A DNA stretch of 64,000 nt from Perna viridis (Eukaryota): contig CM074518.1 of the NCBI GenBank assembly GCA_037379345.1, positions 37,351,586 to 37,415,585 on the forward strand, read 5' to 3'. Below are positions 14,176-27,700 of the stretch, one piece after another (the stretch's first letter is position 1; every line of letters begins with the position of its first letter). A program made the translations under genes and the position numbers. The notes under the pieces were generated by a model that worked only from the letters and a program-made list of their open reading frames with translations, did no database searches and had not been told where the DNA came from.

Positions 14176-14349
14176 ATTGGCGGATCCACGGGAGGAAAAA
14201 GGGGGTTGGCACCCTCCCTTTCATTAGAAAATTTGTCATTTTTATGTGAAAAATTGACAAATAATGGGAAATAATGTCCAAGCACCCCTTTTTTTCAGAG
14301 GAACCTCAGCTGGCACCCATCCTTTTCAAAGTGTCTGGATCTGCCCTTG
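14176..14349. mobile_element. Short GGCGGATCC-TIR MITE family (also ~4400-4551, 8283-8430, 9730, 13905-14033, 15493, 46200-46274, 46758-46870)
   Basis: tggcggatcca...tggatctgccc termini with G-run/C-run interior. Confidence 0.55.
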
Positions 14350-15927
14350 ACATGGGATATACCCATTTTGCCAGTAACAGAGTACTGTAAGCAGGACCTC
14401 TTTTGAAAATTGGTTTACATGGATATTTCCATTTTTATTGCTTTAATCCATTATGTTCAAACTTTGGTGTACAATCATTACTGAATAAATTACTGGCATA
14501 AGAAACCGATAAAAAAATTAGAAGATAAATTTCTCATAATTTTGTTAAAAAAATAATAAGATACACGAATAAATATATCCCTACCTTAAGCAGCTAAGAT
14601 CATAGTTTTCTTAGATCACAAAATAGTATCAGCCATTTTAAGTCCATATATCATAAAAACAATGTAATTAATTTTGACATAAAAAGATACTATAAAATAT
14701 TTCTGTCAAAAGATAATATCATTTCCTACAGCTAAAGTGTCACAAACAAAGATACTGACATCAGGTGTTAATCACCTGTTGAAATGGAAAATAATGTTTT
14801 GTGGGAAAAGGGGGATAACTCAATGTTTTTTTTTATATACATTTATCTTTACTGATGCCAAGAAGACAACAAATCTTGCATTATCTTGTCTTAAACATTG
14901 AGCAAGACTTGCACTAAATTATTATTTTATTTTCAAACATTTTACACATTTCCAAAGATTTTTATCTTCTCACAGACAATTTTTAAGAGGGAAAGGGGGA
15001 ACAATTCTTTATTTTTCCAAATCTTTTGAAAAAAGAATGAATTTAGTATTATATATTAAGTATTCTGTTTAAGAACATGCTGATAAAATATTCCCATGTA
15101 AAAGATATGACATCAATAATAGATTCAAAAAGTAATTTAAAAAGTACAACAATATCGGATCTGAAATAATTCCTTAATGTAATTTTAGAGAAGATTAATG
15201 TGGTTTTTGTTCTTAAAAGAACACAAGCTGTAAAGAAAATATTTTCACTTGGTTAAACTTGTATTTAAAATGTAAAGTACTAATATTTTTTGGGTTTCAG
15301 TTCACTATCATGTGTATTATTATGCTGTAATTAACTTAATATGTTTACATTGTCAAATTTAGCTATTTGCCATATACATTTAAAATACATTCAAGACCAT
15401 CTTGCTGATACTAGCAACTTCATTATATGGGATCTCAAAATATTGACATATGAAGGTGACTGAGACTGAATAAAACCACAAGGACATGCTATCAGTGGTG
15501 GATCCAGGGTTCTGAGAATCAGAATTAATCCTTTCTTTTTTATTTGAAAATTTTGTTAAATTCATGCCATGTTTTCACAAAAATGAGCAAATCTCCTTCC
15601 TCCTTCCCCACACATTTTTTTTTCAAATTAACTTGATATGCCCTAAGTTACTGCTATAAAATATGCAGCCAATTTGGTGTATAAGTACTGTATCTGTGTA
15701 AGAATCAGGCAATGGGTGGCACATCATATTTCTCAATTTGGTCTTTTTTTGCCTCAAATACATTCAACACATCCAGAAAACAGCTGAACAGCTATTCAAA
15801 TTTATCCTGAAGCATTGGTGATGTAGATATTTTTTGACTGATAATATTAGGAAAAAGTGAGGGAAAATTTTCCCGCCATTTTTCCATAGTGCATTTCAAC
15901 TAAATTTGTCCTATCAATGTCTTTAAT

Positions 15928-16243
15928 GTGTATCCATCAGCACCATGAAAACTGATTTATTCAACGGGTCATAGTTTTCCTTTCCTCGTTTGTCTACTCC
16001 GGACTTGACTTTTTATGAGCAACTTGGCAGGAAAAGCAGGGGACGCTTACCCTACCGGTGCACCTGGTCCATGCTCCCAGTTTTTAGTGGAGTCCGAGTT
16101 GCTCATTTACTTTTGTTACTTTGTATGTATTTTAGTTACTTCATGTTCTTTGTTGTGTATGTCTGTTTTCCATGTCTGGTCTTTGTCCCTGGATTACATT
16201 CTTTTGATTACCGCTATAACCTTGGTTCCCTTGAGTACTCTTT
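15928..16243 (+). mobile_element. Naiad-type PLE 3' fragment (last RT codons plus 3' UTR)
   Basis: Closely matches the reverse complement of 56747-57075; shows the likely true stop (AAC GGG TCA TAG). Confidence 0.8.
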
Positions 16244-16999
16244 AAAAAGACAAACTTTTCAAACACTTTGACAGTAATTTCTTGAGGTTATGAGGTATAA
16301 ATACTTGGATTATACAATAACATATCTGTGTATTTTTTCTTCATGTGCCATATCTTATACACATTTTGCCCAATTCTTAGACGGAGAAGTATTTAAACAC
16401 AATGTGCCACATACAGTAATCATATTGTGCCGAAATCACATGGTTCTCATATGTTAAATTTGGCCTGGAAACATATGATTCTCACTTTATAGCACTTATG
16501 GCTGTACTCAGACTGCATATTTGGTAATGGAAGCAATCCCTCTATTACTATCATTTCATCGTGAACATTAATTGCAACCTTAGAAGAAATCTTATCATTT
16601 GTTTCAGAGGAATTTATGGCAATTGGAATAAACTGTTTTAACATGCTTATTTACAGATCTAGAAGTAAAGGCATGCTGGAATACCACCATAATAAAACAC
16701 AAGGGGAATTGGATGTACATGTACCACCAGTTAAGAAAAAAAGGTATAAAAAAAACATTAGAGAATATGTTACCCATTCTCATTTAAAGCACCTTTTTTA
16801 TCATGAACATGTAAAGGAAAGCATTTTACCTTGCATCACTTTCCTTTTTGAAGCCTTTGTAACTACCAGTAATGTTTCAATGGCCTACTCAAAGACAATT
16901 GTGTGAGAAATTTCTTGCTGCCTTTTGGCTCACAAAGTAGTCAGCATGTCTTGTCCAATACATCTGAAAGTTTCCAAAACTTCTTTTTTTAAATCTTAC

Positions 17000-17400
17000 C
17001 TCTCCAGAATTTTGGAATATTTTTAGATGAAACCTTGGTCTTTTCATCCAGGAATGTGCCATCAAAAATCACTTTAGCATGAAAATACCATCATTTGGGC
17101 ATGCTGGATGCAATCCGAACCACTGTACAAATATTTCTAATGAGAATTAATGTGGTGAACATGTCAAAGAAACAACAAGCCACTGGGATGAAAAATATAT
17201 GTATATTTGTTTTCTCTTATTTTTCAATTACTTCTTGAGCTATTTTTTGTTTGTTTCTTTTTTGTTTTTGTTGGGATAACAAAATCATGTTAATTTACGT
17301 TTCCTCCATGATTTTCTTATATGTACAAATTGTTTTATTTCAGAAAATCACGCTTCATTTTGCTCCTCTTTTCAACCTTGACTGCTTGAAGACTTGACAA
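17000..17400 (-). other. Candidate first (non-coding) exon of liprin-beta
   Basis: Strong GAG|gtaaga donor at 16999, downstream of a CCAAT/E-box element and a local patch of CpGs; 5' boundary approximate. Confidence 0.35.
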
Positions 17401-17414
17401 CATAACACAGGACA

Positions 17415-17470
17415 AATATACGTGTAAATCAAGAGTGCAAGGTTTTGTAAACAGCCACGTGATTGGTTAT
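17415..17470 (-). promoter_or_regulatory. Candidate liprin-beta promoter: adjacent CCAAT box and CACGTG E-box
   Basis: Plus strand gccacgtgattggtt (17454-17468) = aaccaatcacgtggc; a second ACGTG at ~17420; CpGs locally present in an otherwise CpG-poor region. Confidence 0.35.
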
Positions 17471-17846
17471 TTTTTAACTATATATTCAACCGAAGTTTTC
17501 AAGCATAAGAGGACAAGACCTCACAGTAGCAACAGTCTGTCAGTGGATACTATAAACATAGTAATTTCACGGTTTCAAATTTTTGCAGATTTTGTCAAGT
17601 AAACATATTAGCGGGTGTCACTTTTCTCGGTTTAAAAAAAAAAATGATTAGCATTATAGAGTGCTAAAAATCAATTTCCGATGTACAGTTTTTCACGGTT
17701 TTCTGTCCATCAGGAAAATAGCAAAAATTAGTACGTTTACAGTATACCGACCAATTTAGACACATAATTCTGTCTCAGAGCCAACCTGTAATCACTCTAC
17801 ACATTATGTATAAAGCGAAGAATCAGAAAGCTGTCTTCAGTCAATA

Positions 17847-17852
17847 TTTATT
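17847..17852 (-). terminator. Possible distal poly(A) signal of the zinc-finger gene (would imply a ~6.9-kb 3' UTR)
   Basis: AATAAA on the minus strand just before the next gene's candidate promoter; other AATAAA hexamers exist, so this is weak. Confidence 0.2.
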
Positions 17853-17924
17853 TTTTCTTTGATAAGAAATTCATTTTCAAATGAGATTATTTTCATGAAA
17901 ATATGTTGTTGTCATTAATATGCT

Positions 17925-17961
17925 ATCATCATCATCATCATAATCATCATCATAATCATCA
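17925..17961. repeat. (ATC)n microsatellite
   Basis: atcatcatcatcatcataatcatcatcataatcatca. Confidence 0.85.
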
Positions 17962-18775
17962 ATTTACAATAAAAATATGGTCACTGTACAAAATATCAGG
18001 CAATCATTATTTACATGTAACAATATAATCAATGATAAAATGCACCAACAATAATATGCCCTGCTTCAACAACAAATATGAACAGAACAAAAGGAAACTT
18101 GCCAATCTTTAATTTTTTTCAATGTGAAAAATTGGATGATTAGATAATGGTTACTTAAAAGTGTTCAAATCAACCTGCAACATGTATTTTAATATCAGTC
18201 TCTGTAAGAATCAGGCAGTTGGTGAAAGATGGTATTAAAAAAAAGCTTTGGCAGTGTAATTTGATTATTTTTTTATAGGTAATTTCAAATAGAAAAGACT
18301 TTTTTTGAAATTATATTTTCAGATCTGTGGGTTTTAGAATCCATGTCTCAAATTATTTCCTATTTTGCCAGATTCTTACAGAGACTGGCACTTATTTAAG
18401 TGTTTATGAATACAAATATAAATATTTAACACTGGCCAATGTTAGTTTACTGGTACACGAAGAATGTTCAATACGGTATATGAAAACTGAGCTCTTGATC
18501 AATACTGAAATAATTATTGTCTTTACAAAGAAAAAAATAATATCCTGCAGAAAAATATTGGATACGGAAATAGTAATATTTACTACAACTAGAAATTTAT
18601 AATGAGAACCTTATGGTACCATATCATTACATCATCTTTTTTTTTATCCAAATTTCAAAATGAAATCCATTTTGAAACAGATTAAGAATAATGTAACTAT
18701 CATATATGGATTATGCAATGCTGAAAAGTATTGGCAGGTGAGATTCTCTCATTTGAATTGAGTAACATCAATTAA

Positions 18776-18993
18776 GGAGGTAGATCTTGTGTAAGAGACA
18801 CAACTCTTAAAAATCATTGGAATGTTTGTATTCAGCATTTTACATCAATGTCATGTAAGCACCAAAGTAACTTAGATTAATTTCATTCTCTGTCAAATGA
18901 AAGCTTGACAGCCTTCGGTGAAATTGAATTGAAATATGATACAAACATATCACTGACTTCATAAGTTATGTCCCTTTCCCTAGGTCTACCTCC
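18776..18993. mobile_element. TTAA MITE copy 2 (opposite orientation)
   Basis: Same TIRs; internal sequence inverted relative to copy 1. Confidence 0.8.
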
Positions 18994-21132
18994 TTCAATT
19001 GCTACCACTTTTACTGAAGATTTTAGATAACAAAAAATAATTTCAAAGATAAACTACTTACCCAGAACAATATTTAGGTATTCTATTTATTTCCAATACT
19101 TTGACTAAAATTACATTTGCTCAATATTTATAAATGTTAACCTTCCCACGTCAGGGGGAGACTTCCACAAAATCAACGAAACATTTAGAATCTTCCAAAT
19201 AAAAAATGTTAGATTTATTGGAGGTATTCAGTTAAAATTATTATATTTTCTGTAAAAAAATACTGATTAATAAATTTTTTACATAAAAAATTTACTTTTA
19301 CATTAAATTATCCAGTGAGAGTGTCATCTCCAACATCAACTGTCTCAAAAGTTAACAGGTGTATTAAAAGGATGCATAAAATATCCAAATATTAATCTGG
19401 ATTGTTTCAAGTAAGATTTAAACCTTGATAAAGAAGCAGTAACTTAGAAAGAGTACATCAGATACTACATTTAATGGTTTAGTTTCTGGAATTGAATTTT
19501 CCCATTGAAGTACATTTACAAGCAGAGCTCATGTCTTAATGATTATATCAACCAAAAAATCTTAAGGCCATCAGATATGTAACGAAGAAATTTATGTGAA
19601 GTATAACATACCAGAAAACACATCAATAACAAAAACATCATCTTTTCTTTGGAGGCCAACACATACCCAATGCCAACATATCAGGAAACAAAAATTGGTA
19701 TTAGGTCAGATCACAGAGCATGTCATGTGATGTAATAATAGATAAAGTCATGATGTATTAACTACTGCCCATGAAAATTTGCAATTTCAACTTGTCCATG
19801 GTGGATGATTCTTTAAGAATACAAAAAAATGAAATGTATTGATGTTACAAATGAAAAACTTCATTGAGAGTATACCATAAGAAATTTTGTCTGACCTTCC
19901 AAGATATAGATAACCTTCCAATTAAAGTTTATGCTAATGGTTACTGTTCAGAGAATTTTTTATCTTGATATAATATTTGTCAAACCTAGTTGTCTTCTAT
20001 TTTATAAATTTTTGCTGAGCATTACAAAAAACACCTCTCCCTATTTCTAACTGTATGAATTAAAAGCCCCAACAGATCTTGGCCATCGTTGGATCATATA
20101 ATCAGGGGGGACTAAATAGGGGAAACGAACATGATTATATGGTAAGTCATTAAAGTTTACATGGTATATATGGATAGTCAAAAACATTCTTGTCCTTGTG
20201 CTGTAAGTATTTCCATTTTTGTAAAATAAATTCATGATTACTGGACTTCTAAAGACATGGTCTATTGATTAATTTCATATTAATTTAAAAAAAAAAAAAA
20301 ACCTGCACATAGATTATGATTATGCAAATCAATAAGTAAAAGGACAGGTTTTATAGATCAATCATTGTCTTTGTATCTTACAATGAATATAAAATTGTTT
20401 AATTGATTTCAAAAATTGAAATTTCCACAGAGATATGTAATTTAAGTTTGTAAACATGATAAAAAAATGGGAAAAAAATTAAAAAGACATTTACAAACTA
20501 TATAAAACCAGTATTGATCTGTCAACAGTTACCAGGTACTGTTAATTTTTCTTAATAAACGTGGAAATGTATAACATTGTAGTTAAATGTATGTATCTAG
20601 AAAATTTTAGGAAAAACTGAACAATGTTAGATGTATATTTATGCACAACGATCAAAAGTATGGGTATGCAAACCTCTGTTGAGGTAAGCTTAAGATAATC
20701 CTCTCCTAATTTTCTAATTGATGAGATGATAAAACCAAATTAATAAAGAAAGCACTAACAAAATGAAAGAAATTCAGACTAAAGCAGGAAAACGAATAAC
20801 TAATGCTATAGGTAAATCTTATCACAACAATGCTCTATTTTATACTGCTATAATATGCAGTTACAACATTAAAATGATCAGATCTTATTTATCATGTAAG
20901 ATCTTAATGGGCACTGGCAAAACAGGGACATCTACAAGTAATTATCATCGACAAATTAATTACTAATTAATTAATACTACATAAACTTAACAATCTAAGA
21001 GTGTATGTACATGGCCAATATTTTACTTCTAGAAAAGGTTTCATTGGTCCTATGTTTTTAAGGATAATGACAGGAGGACTAAAGTGTATAATACAGATAC
21101 TATTTGTAATTTCACTTCATACATTAACTTAG

Positions 21133-21342
21133 GGAGGTTGACCTAGGGTAAGGGATATAACTCATGAAATCAGTGATATGTTTGTATTATATTCAATTTC
21201 ACCAAAGACTCAAGCTTTTGTTTGAAGCTGAATAAAATGAATCCAAGTTAATTAAATGCTTACATAAGATTGATGTAAAATGCTGAATACAAATGTTTGA
21301 ATGATTTTTAAGAGTTGTGTCCCTTACTCTAGGTCTACCTCC
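21133..21342. mobile_element. TTAA MITE copy 3
   Basis: Same TIRs and internal sequence. Confidence 0.8.
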
Positions 21343-22163
21343 TTCATTAAGGTTTATGATATACATCCATTCTTTGTTGTGTGTCATCAAAAATATCAAA
21401 TTGAGATTTTCCTCAAATCCGTCTTACCAATTAGATGATTTGAGAAAAAAAAATCAATATTCTACCTTCACTTAATTGGAAACTTATGAAAAAAGTTCAG
21501 AGTTTGAATAGAATTAAGACAGACACTTGCATTGTACATTGTAAAATCTCTATTTCATTCAAAAATCTTCGTAAAATGTGGCCTCTGATACAAATATATA
21601 TGTGTTCTATTACATATTGTTTCCAAAATGAAAGATAGGATTGCCTTGTGCATAAAAAAAAAAGTTTTTGTGAATTTTCGTACAAATAAATAACTAAACA
21701 ATATAAACTTGTCAATCATTTCTGTAATGATGATCATAATTGTCAGTCATAAAAATATTTGTAGAATATATGTAACACCAATTTTTACTAACAATCATCA
21801 TGTTAAATTGTAATATTCATTCCAATCTAAATCCGAAAATATGCTATGAACATGACAAAAATTGGCCTTCCCAAATTTCCCTGAATTTTGGTTTGCCATA
21901 TAATGCAAAACTATGCTTATCATACATTCTGTTAAATTCTTCAAAATACTACAAAAGTCTTTGTCCATTTTATGGATGCATTACAGAATCACAAAGACAT
22001 TGCATTGCCAAAAATGGACAGGAAGTTGTTTGAGTTAAGTTAAGCACTGACCAGTTTTATATTAAAGGGGAGGGACTAGGTCTTCCATTGTAACCCGTCC
22101 AAATCAAACCCTGAATATATCAAAAACTTGCCTATACCAGACAACTTTTGAAGTCCCATTTAA

Positions 22164-22359
22164 GGAGGTAGACCTAAGATAGGGGACACAACTCTTACAA
22201 ATCATTCGAACTTTTGTATTCAGTATTTTACATCAATCTCACGTAAGCATCAAGGTAACTTGGACTGATTTCATCCTGTTTCAAATGGAAGCTTGTTAGG
22301 CTTGGGTGAAATTGAATATGATACAAACATATCACTGATTCCAAGAGTTATGTCCCTTA
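22164..22359. mobile_element. TTAA MITE copy 4 (right TIR truncated)
   Basis: ttaa-GGAGGTAGACC start; ends at tcccttac. Confidence 0.75.
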
Positions 22360-23734
22360 CATGTCAACTCAAGCTGCTGCTAAAAAAAAAAATCATTTTT
22401 CTAATTAACATAAAATTCCCTTCTCGAGAACAAAATGGTCTGTGTTTCAGTGTTACAAATATGAGTAAGATTTATAATCAAAATGAACAACCCTTAGTGA
22501 AAATGTAAGTCCACACTTTAGTGGTTACATAAGATGCATGTATATGATGTTGAATACAGAGGCCACATACCACACAGAATAGCACAAGTAATATAGCACT
22601 ATATATAGACACAATAGAAAAACAACCATAATCGCATATAAATACAGTCTACATAACAAAAAATATTATACATTAATATATAATTTACAATACTGTCAAC
22701 AAAAACTTTAATTCATTCACACTCTACTGTCAAAGGGAAAATGTGGCTCCACATTGATTCTACCATGTCTTAAATTAAAGTAAAAATGGAGTTGAAACAG
22801 ACGCTTTTATAAGAATTCTAAATCAGTTACGTAAAGTAATTACAGAATTTTCCATTCCTACAGACTTCAAGTAAACTTTTACAGAGAGGTATTGCACTTA
22901 TCTCGTGGAAGTACAGAGTCTGCTTATTAATCTAAAACGAAATGCTTCAATTCAACATTTTTCCATCCTTTTACTTCATATAACTGACATGTAAATGTAT
23001 TTATTTCTTTGTACAAAGTAAATAGACATATTTTGAAATGGTTATGCTACTGTGTTGGGTATAGACATTGTCACTTCATAAATACCACCTTCACTATATG
23101 GAGAGTTGATAAGGCCACGTAAAATTATACCTCTGTTTCCGGTAACATGTCAGAAGAAAATGGGTCAGTAGATTAGGATTTTATTTTATTCTACAATTTC
23201 ATAGAAAACAACTTTAAAACATCTTCTTAATCACCCCGACTATGTGGAAATGTAAACTTCTATCCATTAAATGTCAGGAGGTTTGGTGGTACTTTTTGTT
23301 GTTTCTTATCTTGAAAATAATTCAGTCAGGGGGTCAAAGCACGAGTCAGTAACAGGAAACCAAGGTATGATTTTATTTTTCCTAAATTAAATTAAAGTTG
23401 ACAATACTATATATTGCATTATAACATCGACATGCAGTAGCAATTGTTTCTAAATATGAGGGCTAATTCCATTCAAAAATAAATGTTTTAAGAAGAGACA
23501 TCAGACATCCCTAGCTAGTATTAATGAAAAACAATGAAAATGGTTTAATTTGAAACCTTTCGTTGACTATTTTAAGCCATTTAAAATTGTTACACTTAAA
23601 AGTTTTTGATCATCTTTTACAATATCAATGGAGAAAAAAAAACAACATATCTTTTGATTGTTCATATATTTTCTCATCTTAACTTTTGAAAAAATACAGT
23701 ACACTTATGGAATGTTTTTAAGTAGCACTCCAGC

Positions 23735-24098
23735 TAAGAATCATGCAAAATGTGATTCATGGGTAAAAAGCCTACATATTTTTATTTTTGATATTTTGTT
23801 TGAATTGCCATAGTAAACAGAAATTAACATTCAGTTTTTCATATAACCCGTGTTCATAAGAGATAAAAATTATATAGAATGCACTGTAAATTTCAAAATT
23901 GAGGGAGATAACAGTAAATGACACTCAAATACAATAGAATCTATTGGATTTTCAATGTTGATTATCTCCTAAGAGCAGGCAGATTTGAATGAATAATTAC
24001 ATATTTCATGGTATAGACCCATAAAACAACTTAATTACAAAAAAATATGTAGCCTTTTTTGGGGTGTATCACATTTTTCAGATTTTGCATGATTCTTA
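23735..24098. mobile_element. TAAGAATCATGC-TIR MITE (second copy 36975-37502 with internal duplication)
   Basis: taagaatcatgcaaaat...ttgcatgattctta; the two copies align along their length. Confidence 0.75.
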
Positions 24099-24713
24099 CA
24101 AAGACACCTACTTAATTTTTAAACAGTTTATACTAAATGATTTGGTTGGTATTAGTTTACATTTATATACCACTAGTGTAAACTGACCCAAATCAGGTCA
24201 TTGGGTATAACATGCTGAAAAATTAAAAACCTTCATTACAATTTAATTTCTAATGAATAAAAGTCCAAATATTGATAACTGACTCATAATTAAAATGCCA
24301 TTTTGTTTGGGATCATTTGAACTGCATTGCTGACCAATCAACATTAATGTCATAGTACCATGCAACGTTATACAAAATAACCTGGTATGCTCAAAGAGAA
24401 CCAACCAATCAGAAAGCTTATTACAAATCAAATTGAATTATTATCATATGGTATAAGGAGCCAAAATATGATTATCTTCCACCAGTAATTAATCCTACCA
24501 TTATCATTTATAAAAATTGTAAAATTTAGTACTAAAAAAAATCAAACCTCAACTTACATAATCTATTTTTTTTTCTTCCTTATATACATCAACGAAATAT
24601 AAGTCTATACTTTAAAAAAAAAACATGAAAAAAAGATAGATCATAAATTTCAGATGCAATAGTCACTAAATATTGAACAACAACTTAAACAAACATTAAA
24701 ACAAAAATGTTCA

Positions 24714-27700
24714 TCACAAATTATCAAGAATTGAATCAGATATATTTGATGGGCAAAATTCGGGAAATGGCAGTGAAGGATCAAATGGTTTCCGTAGGTG
24801 ATGTTGTGGTCCTGGAGGAAAAAAAGTCACAGGTGGAGGAGGCCTTTGTTCCGTGAAACCTCTCAGACCAGGATTTACCATGGTAGGTTGTCCTGGATAT
24901 TGCACTTTTGGATTTAGACTAGATTTAAGATCAAAATTGTCTGGAATGCCTAAATGTGAACTTTGACCTTTAGCAACAGAATGTATTGACAATGTTTCCC
25001 CTTGCATACGGTAAGGTGGTGGGTCCTTCTTTTTAGGCGTTGAAGGATAAACTTCCACTTCCTCCGGTGAAGACACATCCTCATATTCAGGCACAATGTT
25101 TTGAGTTGATTGAGGTTTGTGATTTAAAGTACTGGGTGCACTCATTTGACGAAGAACAGGTATGTGGGCACTGTTTGAATGATTATGGACTTCAGCCCCA
25201 AAGGGCAATCCTGCAGGGGCTAGATTTGGTTGCATTGGTCTATGAAGTGGAGGCACCTGGCCTCGTAACCCAACTGACAAGGGTGACAGACCTTGCCCAC
25301 ACAATGGTGTAGGTTGCCTATTTGCCTGAAAATTGAAAATTCTATCCTTTGGAACATCTTGTTGAGGGTTGTAATTCACAGGAGGTGAATTTATCACTGA
25401 TTTTTCTGGTAAGTTAGGATACCTGATCGTGTTTCTATGTGGAGTCTGATCAAAAGACTGACTTCTTTGTACACCTGTCAACTGTCTAATCTGACTTGTA
25501 TTTTCAGGGCTCAAATGAGAATTAAACATGACTTGCTGTTGACGAGCATGCACTTGCTGAAAAGACTCCAGATTTCTTTTGTCACTAAACTGATCAGATT
25601 GTGTCCTGACTAACACATTTCCATGTGAAGTACGTGAGATATGTTCAAACTGAGGTTTAGAAGCAGGAGGTTCACATTTTGACTTTGAACTTTGCATTGT
25701 TTGACCTTGATCTGAGAGGCTATTAGTCCGTTGAGTCGTCCTGGAAGCATGCTCACATTGAGGTTCAGGCTGCTCACAAGATAATCTAGTATTTGACAAT
25801 GAATGCCCAGGAGCAAGGTTCATATTTGAAGGTTTGCTATTCAGAGTACTTGATTTGGAATTTTCACAAGGCACTTTATTCAATGTTTTCAACTGCAATT
25901 GTTTATGGTGAGCAAACTTGGGATGCATTTGCAGAAACTGCTTGTCAGAGTCAGAAACTCTTGAATTCAATAAAAAACCATCTTGACTTAGTTTATGTTG
26001 TACGATATTATCCAAACTTTTATTGTGTTCTGATCCTATACTATGATGGTGGACAGTACTGGCTTTGCTAATTTGGCTACTAGAAAATGATTGATCGAAA
26101 GTCTTTTCAAGCGATACAGGCGTGAATGAATTTGAAGATTTTGGCTGATTGTTCTGCATCAAATTAAGCTGCTCTTCCCAAGATTTATCAACTAATTCCA
26201 AAATGTCCATTGGCTGTTCCATACTATTTGACAGAAAAGTGTTGGAGTTAGAAGTGCTAGTCACTTGTTGCATTAAATTATTTAACAAACCAGAATGTTG
26301 ATTTGGACCAGGAATATTTGGTTTTCCTGTGACATTTGTCTTTTTATCTTGAAGTTTACTGTTTCTTAAAATGCCTACGTTGTGCAAGTGTTTTTGTTTA
26401 GAAAGTTTTTGTGTTGCGTCTTTGTTTGCACTACTTGCATTCTTGCTACATGGAGGTGAAACGATAACATTCTGACGCAAGTCCATTCCTGTTTTATCAC
26501 TATATCGTTGGTCCCTCACATTCGATTTTTCTTGCTGTGGTGATTTGAATGAATTCAGATGAACATCAATGACTTGTATAGGTGAAGAGCTCTCACTAAA
26601 TGGAGACCAGCTCTTTGTACCCACTGGACTATTTGAGGACCAGCTTTTAGAAATTACAGGACTAGTTGAGGACCAGCTTTTCGATAGCACAGGACTGTTT
26701 GAAGACCAGTTTTTTGAAAGTGCGGGACTATTTGATGACCAACCTTTTGTAACAACAGGGCTTGTTGAAGACCAGCCTTTTGAAACCGTAGGACTAGTAG
26801 CAGACCAATTTTTTGTAACAATAGGGCTTGTTTGTATGTTTCTTGCATTAGACACTGTAGGTGAAGTCTTTCGTTGTTCTACAGATGTGAAATCTTTTGG
26901 CGAAACATAGAATTGAGGGTTTCCTTGAGGTATAAACATGTTTGGCGAATGCATAGGATCATTTGCTGATAGTTGTAATAGCCCTTGTCCAAGCCCCTGA
27001 CTTTTCAAAATTAAAGGGTTTGTCATTTTTGCTGTAGCAACCTTTGCAAGATCCATTGGTGATATATTTGGGACAGGTCCTTCGAGTGGCGGAGAAATAT
27101 CACATATGTAATCTTCATTTTCTGTGCTTTGATTGCAGTCAATAGCTAGTGGCTTTAAACAAAGCTCTGGTTTTTGATTTGCTATATTAGTTGAGACAGG
27201 TGTAGGTATCGAAGACGGCAAATCTTTTGAAGTCTTTTTGCTCTCCTGAATCTGACTATTGGTACTTGGGTCACATGACGGTGTCAAGGAAACAGGTTGC
27301 AGTGGAGATAAAGGTCTTGTGGTAAAGAATGTTTCTTCCTTAAGACTGTCAGCATAATTTTCGAAGTCAAAATTTGTAATAAATGTAGGTGAATCTTGGT
27401 CACTCATAATAGTCACAATATCATCCTTATTCCCATGATTTAAAATGCTTGTTCGAGTTGGACTATTAGAAATAATATTCAGTGGTTTGGGAGACTTTCT
27501 TCTCATTGCTAATGAATCTGACAGCACAGATAAATTATTTCCTGATGACACCATCCTTAAATCAGTTGAATGAGGGTTTGTGTACTTTACCTCAGGGGAA
27601 ATGCTACTCACTGACAAAAATTTCAAATCTGAAGTTCTATTTGAAGTAGTAAATTTCATATCTACTGAGTGACTACTTGATGACACAAATATTGAATCAG

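Noticed and set aside
16016-16108. SECIS in the Naiad 3' UTR (some Naiads encode selenoproteins)
   Set aside because: The ATGA pairs with TCAT in a Watson-Crick stem with no opposing GA quartet, and no conserved in-frame TGA is seen in the RT fragments.
15990-16271. Hydrophobic ORFs here and at 56691-56986
   Set aside because: Chance frames through the T-rich PLE 3' UTR, downstream of the RT stop.
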